NCBI GenBank assembly: GCA_026004495.1
Contig: BPJG01000001.1
Span: forward strand, 2,672-66,671
From: Candidatus Parcubacteria bacterium
GTDB taxonomy: Bacteria; Patescibacteriota; Minisyncoccia; UBA6257; HR35
DNA length: 64,000 nt
Direction: 5' to 3'
Positions 18,603 through 29,101 of this stretch are shown one piece after another. The notes under the pieces were generated by a model that was given only the letters and a program-made list of their open reading frames with translations, had not been told where the DNA came from and ran no database searches. Position numbers and translations under genes: made by a program. Within the stretch, counting starts at the first letter, position 1, and every line of letters begins with the position of its first letter.

Positions 18603-20027
18603 ATGAAAAAGATATCAATATTTCTAATTTTAGGAATATTAATCTTTAGTCAGATTATTTTTGCTGCGACGAATTCCAAGGTTTCTCTCACTATTCCAGA
18701 TAGAGATGTATATCTTTTGTTGGTGGATGGAGGAAGATATAAACCAAATTTACTTCCCACGAGTCCCTTCTATTTTACTAAAGAATTGTGGCGAGGTATT
18801 AAGCTTTTCTTTACTTTTGATCCAGTTAAAAAAGCAGATTTAGAATCACAAATTGCTGATGAAAAATTAGCTGAATTAGTTAAGGTATACGAAACCTCAA
18901 AAAGCAAAGAAGCCTTACAAAAAGCAATTCAAAATTATATTAAATCAAAAGAAAGATTGGCAAATAGAATTAAAAGTTTAGAAGTTAATCCAAAAGTTGA
19001 AGAATTAATTACTAAAATCTCAGAAAGAAACACCCAACACTTAATTTTATTTGATGAATTAATTGCTAAAGAGCGTGACCAACTCATAATAGATGACCTT
19101 ATTCAAGCAAGACAAGCTTCTGATGCTGTAACTGCTAATCAAGTTGATAAATCTTGGAGAGCAGCTCAAGCAGGAATCGATAATGCTTTAAATACCTTAC
19201 CTTATGAGGAAGGAATAAAAGAATTAAAAGCTTTAGAAGTTTTAACTAGAATTGAAGAAAAACTGCCAGAGGAAGCTAAAAAAGGAATTAAAACCGCAAA
19301 AGAAAATATTGAAAAGAGATTGATTGAGGAGGGAAAGATAGAGAAGATCTTGCGCGACGAAGAATCAACGGCAAAAATAGAGGAAACTGGTGGCGGAACA
19401 TCAGTTTTACCCCAGTCAAGCGAAGGTAAGGGAATCAAAAAAAAGGATTTCTCTACTATGCGAGTAGAAGGTGGTTCTGACGGCAAATCAACTGATGCTA
19501 ATTGGATTATCATTAAAGATGTTCCTCTCTCTCAAAAAGCGTTAGAAAGTGTGATTGATAAATTAGAAGAAAAAGCAAAAAAATCACTATCAGTTTCTCA
19601 AAAATCAAATATTGTTAATATTGAAGCATTGAAAGAAACAGTATCAAGAAAATATATACTTTCAGAAACCAAAGATATAAAAATTAAAAATAAAGGTTCC
19701 TCTGATTCTTCTGAGGTGAGAAAAAATTCTGGTGGGGTAGTAACTGAAAGTGAAAGTACTGGTGAATTTTCGGGAAAAATTGAAAATAAAAATACTTCTA
19801 ATTCTTCTGAGATTAGAAAAAATTCTGGTGGGGTAGTAACTGAAAGTGAAAGTACTGGTGAAAGATTAATAAAATCTACAAGTTCCGAAGCAAAGAATTC
19901 AAGGATAAAACAAGAAGAAAATCAATCAATAAATAAGTCAATTGAACCTATAATGAAACAATTAAAAGATGGAGGTGATCGATTACCTGGCCAAACAGAA
20001 GATGAAACAACTGATTATACAGAATAA
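18603..20027 (+). CDS. Secreted DUF5667-domain protein with low-complexity C-terminus
   Basis: Signal peptide, LLPTSPFYFTKELWRGIKLFFTFDPVKKA; internal 32-aa duplication. Confidence 0.85.
   Translation: MKKISIFLILGILIFSQIIFAATNSKVSLTIPDRDVYLLLVDGGRYKPNLLPTSPFYFTKELWRGIKLFFTFDPVKKADLESQIADEKLAELVKVYETSKSKEALQKAIQNYIKSKERLANRIKSLEVNPKVEELITKISERNTQHLILFDELIAKERDQLIIDDLIQARQASDAVTANQVDKSWRAAQAGIDNALNTLPYEEGIKELKALEVLTRIEEKLPEEAKKGIKTAKENIEKRLIEEGKIEKILRDEESTAKIEETGGGTSVLPQSSEGKGIKKKDFSTMRVEGGSDGKSTDANWIIIKDVPLSQKALESVIDKLEEKAKKSLSVSQKSNIVNIEALKETVSRKYILSETKDIKIKNKGSSDSSEVRKNSGGVVTESESTGEFSGKIENKNTSNSSEIRKNSGGVVTESESTGERLIKSTSSEAKNSRIKQEENQSINKSIEPIMKQLKDGGDRLPGQTEDETTDYTE
19680..19862 (+). repeat. 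96-bp tandem duplication (2 copies)
   Basis: ttctggtggggtagtaactgaaagtgaaagtactggtgaa at 19727 and 19823. Confidence 0.9.
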
Positions 20028-20092
20028 AACTATTAAAAGTTATCATAAATGCATATGTTAGATAAAAATTAAAATTTAAATAAATAAAAAAA

Positions 20093-21772
20093 ATGAAAAA
20101 AATATTAATAACACTATTAACCTTAAGTTTATTGATTTTAAATAATATTGTTTGGGCGCAGGAAAATGAAGTACAAAAAAGTGGTGGTGAGCCTGGGTAT
20201 GCAATAAGAAATCCTAGGTTTAGTCCAGGTAAAGTAGCCCTCCTTCCCACCAGTCCATTTTATTTCACTAAAGAATTGTGGCGAGGTATTAAGCTTTTCT
20301 TTACTTTTGATCCAGTTAAAAAAGCAGATTTAGAATCACAAATTGCTGATGAAAAATTAGCTGAATTAGTTAAAGTATACGAAACCTCAAAAAGCAAAGA
20401 AGCCTTACAAAAAGCAGTTCAAAATTATATTAAATCACAAGAAAGATTGGCAAAGAGAATTAAAAGTTTAGAAGTTAATCCAAAAGTTGAAGAATTAATT
20501 ACTAAAATCTCAGAAAGAAACACCCAACACTTAATTTTATTTGATGAATTAATTACTAGAATAGGTGGTGATGGGATACATGGTGGTCTTATTGAAGCAA
20601 GAAAAGCTTCTGATGCTGTAACTGCTAATCAAGTTGATAAATCTTGGAGAGCAGCTCAAACAGGAATTGAAAATGCTTTAAATAACTTACCCTACGAAGA
20701 AGGACTAAAAGAATTAAAAGCCTTAGAAGTTTTAACTAGAATTGAAGAAAATTTACCAGCAGAAGCTAAAAAAGGAATTGAAACAGCCAAAGAAAATATT
20801 GAAACAAAATTGATTGAGGAAGGAAAAATTAAGAATATTTTAGGAGAAGAATCAACGGCAAAAATAGAGGAATATGGTAACGGAAAATCAATTTTATCTC
20901 AGCCAAGTGAAAATAATGAAATAAAGAAAACACCTATTTCTAATATACAATTAGGAGGCGGCCCTAACGACAAATCAACTGATGTTAATTGGATTATCAT
21001 TAAAGATGTTCCTCTTTCTCAAAAAGCGTTAGAAAGTGTGATTGATAAATTAGAAGAAAAAGCAAAAAAAGTAAATTCCGCAATACAAAAATCCAACATT
21101 GTTAAAATCCAAACAATTAAAGAATTGAAAACGGCAATTGAAGAAGCAAAATCAGATGAATTTTATCAATTTGTACCAAAACCAATTGGTCCCAATTGTC
21201 CTCAAATCTCTCCTGATACATCAAAGGGATTAGAAGAATGTTTTAAATCGGCAAAATCATTAGAAGATAAATATCCAGGATGTAATTATTCGAATATATG
21301 TAAGTCATCATCAAAACTTCAAAATATTGAAAAATGTGGTCCAATGCCTCTTTACCCAACAAAAGAAGGTTGTGAAAGAATATGCCAAGATGGAAAATGG
21401 CAAGATTTTTGCATAGTTGAACCAAGTCCTCTAACGCAAGATAAATTACCAAAAGAAAAATTTCCAACTTGCGGTAAGATTCAATGTCTAAGATATGATC
21501 CTATTTGCGGTACTGATGGTAAAACTTATGCTTGCGGTGAGGCTGATGCTAAAGCTTGCGGAGTAGAGGTTGCTTATAAAGGTGAGTGTAAACCATCTTC
21601 GTTAACTCCACCTCCTGATAAACAAGTTGTTTGCACTCAAGAATGGAATCCTGTTTGCGGTACTGACGGCAAAACTTATTCTAATGAATGTATGGCAAAA
21701 GTTGCTGGAGTAGATATATCTTATAAAGGAGAGTGTCAAATTAGAGAAACCTTGCCATTGAGGCAATATTAA
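20093..21772 (+). CDS. Secreted DUF5667-domain protein with two Kazal-type domains
   Basis: Paralogue of the upstream gene; CLRYDPICGTDGKTY and CTQEWNPVCGTDGKTYSNEC...YKGEC. Confidence 0.88.
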   Translation: MKKILITLLTLSLLILNNIVWAQENEVQKSGGEPGYAIRNPRFSPGKVALLPTSPFYFTKELWRGIKLFFTFDPVKKADLESQIADEKLAELVKVYETSKSKEALQKAVQNYIKSQERLAKRIKSLEVNPKVEELITKISERNTQHLILFDELITRIGGDGIHGGLIEARKASDAVTANQVDKSWRAAQTGIENALNNLPYEEGLKELKALEVLTRIEENLPAEAKKGIETAKENIETKLIEEGKIKNILGEESTAKIEEYGNGKSILSQPSENNEIKKTPISNIQLGGGPNDKSTDVNWIIIKDVPLSQKALESVIDKLEEKAKKVNSAIQKSNIVKIQTIKELKTAIEEAKSDEFYQFVPKPIGPNCPQISPDTSKGLEECFKSAKSLEDKYPGCNYSNICKSSSKLQNIEKCGPMPLYPTKEGCERICQDGKWQDFCIVEPSPLTQDKLPKEKFPTCGKIQCLRYDPICGTDGKTYACGEADAKACGVEVAYKGECKPSSLTPPPDKQVVCTQEWNPVCGTDGKTYSNECMAKVAGVDISYKGECQIRETLPLRQY

Positions 21773-21776
21773 TAAA

Positions 21777-22142
21777 ATGACTGATAAAAAAGAATTAATT
21801 AAAAATATTTATCTTTATTCTGCAACCTTTATTGGTTTGATTTTGATAATTATTGCTTCTATTCAATTAATTGATCTAGGGCTGAAGACTTTTATTTTTA
21901 AAAAAGCAGATGAAGTAATTGTTTATCCTGTTTATCAAAAACTATTTGATCCCGAAGGTAAAGAATTAACTGAAGAAGAAATTAAAAAACAACAAGAAGA
22001 ACAAAGGCAATTTGAAATAAAACAAAGGGAAATTGAAAAACAAAGAAAAACTGCTAATTCTTTAGCAATGTTAATTGTTGGTATTCCAATTTTTATTTAT
22101 CATTTAAAATTAACAAAGAGGAATGATGAAACTAAAAATTGA
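21777..22142 (+). CDS. Two-TM hypothetical protein (DUF5671-like)
   Basis: IYLYSATFIGL...SLAMLIVGIPIFIYH. Confidence 0.65.
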   Translation: MTDKKELIKNIYLYSATFIGLILIIIASIQLIDLGLKTFIFKKADEVIVYPVYQKLFDPEGKELTEEEIKKQQEEQRQFEIKQREIEKQRKTANSLAMLIVGIPIFIYHLKLTKRNDETKN

Positions 22143-22599
22143 TCAACCAGCACCTGATTTTAGCTTAAAAGATCAAAATGGTGATTTTCATAGACTTTCA
22201 GATTATAAAGGTAAATGGGTTTTAGTTTACTTTTATCCAAAGGATAATACTCCTGGTTGTATCAAAGAAGCATGTGTTATTCGGGATAATTTTCCAGCGT
22301 TCGAAAAATTAAATATTGCTATTTTAGGAATAAGTAACGATACAGTTGAATCACATAAAAAATTTGCTCAAAAATATAAATTACCATTCACTTTACTTGC
22401 TGACGATAAAAAAGAGGTTGTTAAAAAATATAGCGTTTGGGGAAAGAAGAAATTTATGGGTATAGAATATGAAGGAATATCAAGAACATCATTTTTAATT
22501 AATCCACAAGGTAAAATAGTAAAAATTTATGAAAATGTTAAACCAGCGATTCACGCTAAAGAAGTTTTAGATGACCTAAACTTGTTAATTAATAAATAG
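22123..22599 (+). CDS. bcp: Thioredoxin-dependent peroxiredoxin Bcp/PrxQ
   Basis: APDFSL, YFYPKDNTPGCIKEAC. Confidence 0.95.
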   Translation: MMKLKIDQPAPDFSLKDQNGDFHRLSDYKGKWVLVYFYPKDNTPGCIKEACVIRDNFPAFEKLNIAILGISNDTVESHKKFAQKYKLPFTLLADDKKEVVKKYSVWGKKKFMGIEYEGISRTSFLINPQGKIVKIYENVKPAIHAKEVLDDLNLLINK

Positions 22600-22617
22600 A
22601 TTTTATTGATTAACTTA

Positions 22618-23535
22618 ATGATATCTTTTAAAAATATAAAATTCAATTATGGATTTATTTGTTCTACCTATAAATCTTATTTATCAACAAATCATTCATT
22701 TCGTTTAAAAAACTTGAACAAAATAAATATTTTAAAAACAGTTGAAAAAAATTTAGAAGATTTTATCGAATTACTCAAATTAAGCAAAAAACTCAATTGT
22801 GGTATTTTTAGATTGGGCAGTCAATTTATACCCTTTGCCAGTCATCCAAATTTCAATAAAGAATGGCTAAAGGATATTAGGCAACTAATCAATAATTATT
22901 TAGAAGAAATAAAAAAATTTAACATAAGAATTACTATGCATCCTGGGCAATATACCATTTTATCAACAGAAAATAAATCTATCATTAAAAGATCACTAAA
23001 TGAAATAAAATATCATTTTTGGCTTTTAGATGAGCTGGAATTAAACGAAAATTCAATTGTAGTTATTCATCTTGGTGGTATTTATGGTGATAAAGAAAAA
23101 ACTAAAAAAATTTTCATAAAAAATGTAAAAATAAATAATTGGTTAAAATCAAGATTGGCTATAGAGAATGACGAAAGGTGTTATCACGCCAAAGAATTAA
23201 TTGAAATTGCCAAAGAATTATCTTTGCCTATTGTTTTTGATTGGTTCCATCATCAACTTAATCATTCTGTTTTTTCTCTAATAGATTTAATTGAAACTTG
23301 GGGCAATAGAACTCCAGAAATGCATATTTCTTCTGGATCAAAAATAAATAAATATGGCCATGCTGATTATGTTAATTTCAAAGATTTCTTAAATTTTTTA
23401 AGTTTTTTAAACGAAAATTCTAAATCACAAAAAATAAAAATTGACATTTTATTTGAAGCAAAAAAGAAAGAACTAGCGATAAAAAAATTTATTAATAACT
23501 GTAATAAATTTAGATTTTTAGAATGCGCTCAATAG
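22618..23535 (+). CDS. uvsE: UV DNA damage endonuclease
   Basis: FRLGSQFIPFASHP, RITMHPGQY, IHLGGIYGDK, RLAIENDE, FDWFHH, HADY, EAKKKE. Confidence 0.92.
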   Translation: MISFKNIKFNYGFICSTYKSYLSTNHSFRLKNLNKINILKTVEKNLEDFIELLKLSKKLNCGIFRLGSQFIPFASHPNFNKEWLKDIRQLINNYLEEIKKFNIRITMHPGQYTILSTENKSIIKRSLNEIKYHFWLLDELELNENSIVVIHLGGIYGDKEKTKKIFIKNVKINNWLKSRLAIENDERCYHAKELIEIAKELSLPIVFDWFHHQLNHSVFSLIDLIETWGNRTPEMHISSGSKINKYGHADYVNFKDFLNFLSFLNENSKSQKIKIDILFEAKKKELAIKKFINNCNKFRFLECAQ

Positions 23536-24824
23536 TATTATTTAAAAGGGATTTGAGGGCAGAGGATAACAAAGTTTTATATGAAGCTTTTAAAAACTCA
23601 AGGGAATTAATACCCATATTTATTTTTAATAAGTCCATTTTGAAAAAATTCAATAGTTATAATCAAAAGCTGGGTTTAATTATTGATGGTGTAAAAAAAT
23701 TATCAGAAAAAATTAATCTATATGTTTTTTATGGCGAAGATGATGAGGTTTTAGAATTTTTGTTTCTAAAATATAAACCTGATGCTTTATATACAGCTGA
23801 ATCTTTTTCTTGGCAAGGTGAAAAGAGAGATAAAGGGATAGAAAAATTATGTTTAAAATATAGAATTGGTTTTAATAAAATTTTTGATAATTTTTTAGTT
23901 AATTTTCGTTTGATACCATACAATAAAGTTTTTACTCCTTTTTATAAAAAGTGGTTAAATTTTATTGACAATCAAGAAGTAAATATAAATTTGAATGAAC
24001 TTAATAAAAAGATTTTAAATTTAAACTTAGATAAAATTGACGATTTGTTAATTAAAAATAAAGAGATAGATTATCAAAATAATATCTGGAACTATGAATT
24101 TGGTATTAAAAGATTAAAAGAGTTCAATTTCAAAGATTATGATAAAAATCGAAGTTTTCCTTCATTGGATGGAACATCAAAGCTTTCACCTTATATTAGA
24201 TTTGGCCTAATTTCAGTTAGAAAGATTTATAACTTAACATCAAAATTAAATCAATCTTATGTTCAAGAATTATCCTGGAGAGAATTTTGGTATCATATTA
24301 AATATAATTTTAATGATTTTAAAAATTTGGAATTTCAAGAAAAAAGAAGGAATATAAATTGGAATAATGATTCTAAATTATTAGATAAATTTTTAAATGC
24401 TCAAACTGGATATCCAATTGTAGATGCTGGAATTAGACAATTAAAAACTGAAAATTGGATGCACAACCGAGTGAGAATGATTGTTGCTAATTTTTTAACT
24501 AAAGATTTATTGATTGATTGGCGAATTGGAGAAAAATTTTTTAAAGACTATTTAATTGATTATGATGAAATAGTTAATGTTGGAAATTGGCAGTGGTGTG
24601 CTTCTGTTGGCCCAGATCCACGACCTTTAAGAATTTTTAATCCAATAATACAATCTGAAAAATTTGATCCTGAAGCCAACTATATTAAAACTTATATACC
24701 AGAATTAAAAAATATAAATCCAAAATTAATTCATAATCCACTTAAAAATAAATTATCATACTATAAACCGATAGTTAATCATTATGAACAAATACAAAAA
24801 ATTAAAAATCAATGGATAAATTAA
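23523..24824 (+). CDS. phrB: Deoxyribodipyrimidine photolyase
   Basis: RDLRAEDN, TSKLSPYIRFG, WREF, TGYPIVDAGIRQL..WMHNRVRMIVA, NWQW. Confidence 0.95.
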   Translation: MRSIVLFKRDLRAEDNKVLYEAFKNSRELIPIFIFNKSILKKFNSYNQKLGLIIDGVKKLSEKINLYVFYGEDDEVLEFLFLKYKPDALYTAESFSWQGEKRDKGIEKLCLKYRIGFNKIFDNFLVNFRLIPYNKVFTPFYKKWLNFIDNQEVNINLNELNKKILNLNLDKIDDLLIKNKEIDYQNNIWNYEFGIKRLKEFNFKDYDKNRSFPSLDGTSKLSPYIRFGLISVRKIYNLTSKLNQSYVQELSWREFWYHIKYNFNDFKNLEFQEKRRNINWNNDSKLLDKFLNAQTGYPIVDAGIRQLKTENWMHNRVRMIVANFLTKDLLIDWRIGEKFFKDYLIDYDEIVNVGNWQWCASVGPDPRPLRIFNPIIQSEKFDPEANYIKTYIPELKNINPKLIHNPLKNKLSYYKPIVNHYEQIQKIKNQWIN

Positions 24825-25717
24825 TAAAAAATTTTTTAATAAAAATTATAGCTGAATTTAAATTCTTGATTAAAATTTCAAGATTTCGATTTTGGCTTTA
24901 TGAAGCTGGTACATTTTTTATAGGTTATTTAATTGCGGCACAAAGTTTGGGAGATTTTTTAAATTTAAATTTTTTAATTTATCTTTTTTATTTTCTTTTT
25001 CCAGCAAATCTTTTAATCTACGGAATTAATGATATCTTTGATTATGAAACTGACAAAAATAACCCTAAAAAGGCTGGTTATGAGAAATTACTTTTGCCAA
25101 AATATCACAAAGAAGTTTATTTTTACATTCTGATTTTTAATTTACCGTTTTTAATATATTCATTTTTAAATCTTAACTTAATCCAAAACCTCTTTTTCTT
25201 ATTATTTTTATTTTTTGCTATTTTTTATTCTGCCAAGCCAATCAGAGCAAAAACTATACCAATTTTAGATTCATTTTTTTCAGCCAGCCACTATGTTTTC
25301 ACTGGTATTTTTGGATATTATCTTATAGAAAGAGAAAACATCGAATTTCCAATTTTTGCTTTTGTTTTTGGTATTCTGTGGGCGATGGCAATGCATGCCT
25401 ATTCAGCTGTTCCGGACATAAAATTTGATAGGGAAGCAAAAGTATCAACTATTGCTACATTTCTTGGCGCTAAAAAAACAATAATTTTATGTCTATTACT
25501 TTATCTTTCCTCGTTTTTGATTTTATCTAATATAAAAAAAATCTTTATTTTAGGAGCTGTACCTTATTTAGTTCTAATGATTTTATCTTTAAAAAATTAT
25601 GATGATAATCAAAAAATAATGAAACTCTACAAATATTTTCCTTATATTAACACTATTTTACCGATGCTCTGGTCTATTTATTATATGACCGTTAAATTCG
25701 GAGTATTAAATTTCTGA
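24812..25717 (+). CDS. UbiA-family prenyltransferase, lycopene elongase (CrtEb/LyeJ)-like
   Basis: SRFRFWLY, FPANLLIYGINDIFDYETDKNNPKK, YSAKPIRAK, WAMAMHAYSAVPDIKFDREA; adjacent to crt genes. Confidence 0.8.
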   Translation: MDKLIKNFLIKIIAEFKFLIKISRFRFWLYEAGTFFIGYLIAAQSLGDFLNLNFLIYLFYFLFPANLLIYGINDIFDYETDKNNPKKAGYEKLLLPKYHKEVYFYILIFNLPFLIYSFLNLNLIQNLFFLLFLFFAIFYSAKPIRAKTIPILDSFFSASHYVFTGIFGYYLIERENIEFPIFAFVFGILWAMAMHAYSAVPDIKFDREAKVSTIATFLGAKKTIILCLLLYLSSFLILSNIKKIFILGAVPYLVLMILSLKNYDDNQKIMKLYKYFPYINTILPMLWSIYYMTVKFGVLNF

Positions 25718-27205
25718 AATAGGTCCTCCTTTCCTAATATTTAGAATCTTTTTATAAACAATCTGTCCGGAAACTAAAACCATTGGCACCCCAATCCCTG
25801 GGTAAGTATACTGACCAACATAATATAAATTTTTTACTTTTTTGCTTTTAATTTTGGGTCTAAAAAGCGTTTGTTTTAAATCATGAATAATTCCTAAAGC
25901 TGTCCCTTTATAAGCATTATAATCTCTTATAAAATCAAAAGGAGTATATATTCTTTCAAATTCAATCAAATCTTTAATGTTTTTAATATCAAATTTCTCT
26001 TCTATAGTTTTATAAATTTTTTCTTTAAATATATTTATTGACTCTTGATTTAAGTATTTTCCATTAGATATTGGAACTAAAATAAACAGCTGATCTTTAT
26101 TTTTAGGTGAGACAGTCGGATCACTCTTTGAAGCTGAACAAATATAAAAAGATGGATCATCTGGAAGATTGTTGTAGTTGAAAATTTGTTTAAAATTTAA
26201 ATCCCAATTTTTGGAAAAATAAAAATTATGATGAATAAATTGGTCTAATTTTTCTTTAAGTCCTACATAAAGGATAAATCCAGAAGGAGCTAATTCTAAT
26301 TTTTTAAAATAATCTTCATTATAATCTCGGTATTCTCTCTCTAATAAATTAATTTGGGTATGAAATAAATCAGCGTTTGAGATAACATAGTCAGCTAAAA
26401 TAGTTTCGCCGTTCTCTAATAAAACTCCCTTAACCTCACTATCTTCAACTAAAATTTTTTTAACTGGTGTGTTATTGAATAATTTAGCATTGTTTTCTTT
26501 TAAAATCTGTAGTAGAGCTTGAACAATTTTATAAATTCCCCCAAGTGGATAAAAGACTCCCTGTTTAAATAAAAAATAATTAATAATTCCATATACCGAT
26601 GGCGCTTTTTTAGGGTCTGTTCCTAAAAATAGAAAATCAAACTCTAATATTTTCAAAATTTTTTCGTTTTTAAATATATTCTTTAGCTTATTATGAGCAC
26701 TAGCGATAGGATTTATTTTTAAAAAAATACTAAAAAATTTTGGATTAACTAATCCTAACAAAGAATTGATGTCATTAAAAATATACTCATTTTTTATTAT
26801 CTTATATATCTTTTCTTGTAAATTTATGTATTCCTTTATCTTTTCAAAAGAACCCTTTTCTAAATTTTCAAAAGTTTCTCTGTTTACATCTAGTTCAGAA
26901 TAAATTGTTACACTCGTTTTATCGTCAAAAACTATTTTAAATGATGGATCTAGTTTTATAATGCTTAGTTCTTTATAAAAATCTTTATTAAATAATTTAA
27001 AAAAATCTTCAAAAATATCTTCCATCAAGATCCAAGATGGACCCATATCAAACAAATGACCATTACCATTAAAGAAATTTACTCTCCCTCCAAAATTTTG
27101 ATTTTTTTCGAAAATTAATACTTCAAATCCTTTTTTGGCAAGCAATGCCCCGACAGACAATCCACCTATCCCCGAACCAATAATAATTACTCTCTTCTTT
27201 TTCAT
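25706..27205 (-). CDS. crtI: Phytoene desaturase
   Basis: IGSGIGGLS, FDMGPSW, YPLGG, NLYYVGQYTYPGIGVPMVLVSG. Confidence 0.92.
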   Translation of the reverse strand: MKKKRVIIIGSGIGGLSVGALLAKKGFEVLIFEKNQNFGGRVNFFNGNGHLFDMGPSWILMEDIFEDFFKLFNKDFYKELSIIKLDPSFKIVFDDKTSVTIYSELDVNRETFENLEKGSFEKIKEYINLQEKIYKIIKNEYIFNDINSLLGLVNPKFFSIFLKINPIASAHNKLKNIFKNEKILKILEFDFLFLGTDPKKAPSVYGIINYFLFKQGVFYPLGGIYKIVQALLQILKENNAKLFNNTPVKKILVEDSEVKGVLLENGETILADYVISNADLFHTQINLLEREYRDYNEDYFKKLELAPSGFILYVGLKEKLDQFIHHNFYFSKNWDLNFKQIFNYNNLPDDPSFYICSASKSDPTVSPKNKDQLFILVPISNGKYLNQESINIFKEKIYKTIEEKFDIKNIKDLIEFERIYTPFDFIRDYNAYKGTALGIIHDLKQTLFRPKIKSKKVKNLYYVGQYTYPGIGVPMVLVSGQIVYKKILNIRKGGPISEI

Positions 27206-27211
27206 TGATAT

Positions 27212-28072
27212 TCAGTATTTGTTAGTGATAAAATTTAATAGTGTTTTTAAAAAACTAGAAAATTTTCTTCTAGCTCTTAATTTATAACTAAAACTAAAAA
27301 CATCATATTGATTATTCTTTATTTCATCTAAAATTGAACTATATAATTTTGAGGCATACAATACTGAAAAACGAACTTTGGACGGTAAAATTTTTATACC
27401 TTGATTTGCTTTTTTATACATATTAAAGTTAATCTCAATTAAATATTTTATCAAATCTCTGAAGTTTTTATTAGAATTAAAATCAAAAAAATCTTTTTCG
27501 GTAATATTAAATCTAGAATAAATTTCTTCAGGAATGTAAATTCTGTTTAATCTTAAATCTTCCTTAATATCTCTGATGAAATTTGTTAATTGCATCGCTT
27601 CAGCTAAAGCAGCTGCATATTCTTTTAATTCCTCTCTAAAGTAATCAAAAATGTAAAGCATAAAATAACCAACAACTACTGCCGAACCGAATATATATTC
27701 TTTTAATTCATCAAATGTTTTAATCCTTACTGGCTTTAAATCATATCTCATACTTCTGATAAATGCTTCAATATATTCCATATCAATATTTTTCTCTTTA
27801 ACTATTTCATAAAATAAATTTAACTCTTCAAACTTTGATTCTCTTCCGTTTATCACATTTAACCATTCTGATTCCCATTCCTTAAATTTTTCTATTTTCT
27901 CTTCCACGGTTAAATTAAAATCATCAACAATATTATCAAGCCGACGAACAAAAGCATATAAAATTATTACCTGATTTCTAATTTTTTTAGGAAAAAATAA
28001 GGTGGCGTAATAATAATGTTTTCCATAAGAAAACATTACCTTTTTAAGTTTCTGTTCAATTTTTTGATTCAT
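27212..28072 (-). CDS. crtB: Phytoene synthase
   Basis: LYAFVRRLDNIVD, AMQLTNFIRDIKED, RIYIP. Confidence 0.93.
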   Translation of the reverse strand: MNQKIEQKLKKVMFSYGKHYYYATLFFPKKIRNQVIILYAFVRRLDNIVDDFNLTVEEKIEKFKEWESEWLNVINGRESKFEELNLFYEIVKEKNIDMEYIEAFIRSMRYDLKPVRIKTFDELKEYIFGSAVVVGYFMLYIFDYFREELKEYAAALAEAMQLTNFIRDIKEDLRLNRIYIPEEIYSRFNITEKDFFDFNSNKNFRDLIKYLIEINFNMYKKANQGIKILPSKVRFSVLYASKLYSSILDEIKNNQYDVFSFSYKLRARRKFSSFLKTLLNFITNKY

Positions 28073-29097
28073 TGCTGTCGTTGATGTATTAAATTTAAAA
28101 GATAATCTAAATTATTTTTGAGTTTTTTATTTTTTATTTGATTAATTAAGATTTTTGCCTTTTTATGATTCAGGTTAATTTCATTCTGAATATATTTATC
28201 AACTTTATTTTTAAAAATTAATTCATTTAAAAATTTTTTTTCTTGATAGTTTAGCTTTTTATAAAAGAGTTTTTTCATGATTGCCCCATATTTAGTTTTA
28301 TTTAATAAATAATAGGTAATATAAGTTTTTTGGCCTTCTTTAATATCATTAAATCTATCTTTGTCTTGTTTTGATAAATAATAATCAAATAAATCATCTT
28401 GAATTTGAAAAATATTACCAATTAAAAATCCAATTTTTTTTATTTTTTCAATTTCTTTTTTATTTAGATTGCAAAAAATGCTAGCAATAGTCATTGGCCT
28501 GACAAAGGTGTAGCTTGCCGTTTTTAGGAGATTTTTATTTTTGATATCATTAATATTTGAATTTAATTTGGGTTCATTGGCTAAATATAAATCTAAAAAT
28601 TGTCCAACCAAAACTTCATTAATCATGATATAAAATTCATTTTTAATTTGAGGCGGCAGATTTGAGATATGATTATAAAAAATATTAAAAATAATATCGC
28701 TTAGTAAAATGCTTACATTATTTGAATAATCTCTTTTATTTTTTGGATTATAAAGTTTTGAATTTTGAAAAATAAATTCATTTAAAGTTAAAATCTCTCT
28801 TCTGGTTTTAGCTTTATCCATAACATCATCTTGAATTAGGGCAAATAAATGAATTAATTCTAGGGCAATCATTATTTTGAAACCATTTTGATCAATTTTT
28901 TTATTTAAAGATTTTAGAATCAAATAAAAAATAAACGGTCTAAGACGTTTGCCTTCTTTTGCTAAAGAAATGATGTGATCGAAATATAGTTTTAGATCTA
29001 GATTTTTAATAAAAACAAAATCCTTTTTCAATTTTTGATTAAGAAATTTAATGAATTTTTTATCAAAATTCTTTTTAAATTTATTAATATTCATCAT
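28069..29097 (-). CDS. crtE: Polyprenyl (geranylgeranyl) diphosphate synthase
   Basis: GKRLRP, ALIQDDVMD, GQFLD, KTASYT, FQIQDD. Confidence 0.85.
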   Translation of the reverse strand: MMNINKFKKNFDKKFIKFLNQKLKKDFVFIKNLDLKLYFDHIISLAKEGKRLRPFIFYLILKSLNKKIDQNGFKIMIALELIHLFALIQDDVMDKAKTRREILTLNEFIFQNSKLYNPKNKRDYSNNVSILLSDIIFNIFYNHISNLPPQIKNEFYIMINEVLVGQFLDLYLANEPKLNSNINDIKNKNLLKTASYTFVRPMTIASIFCNLNKKEIEKIKKIGFLIGNIFQIQDDLFDYYLSKQDKDRFNDIKEGQKTYITYYLLNKTKYGAIMKKLFYKKLNYQEKKFLNELIFKNKVDKYIQNEINLNHKKAKILINQIKNKKLKNNLDYLLNLIHQRQQ

Positions 29098-29101
29098 TGA
29101 T

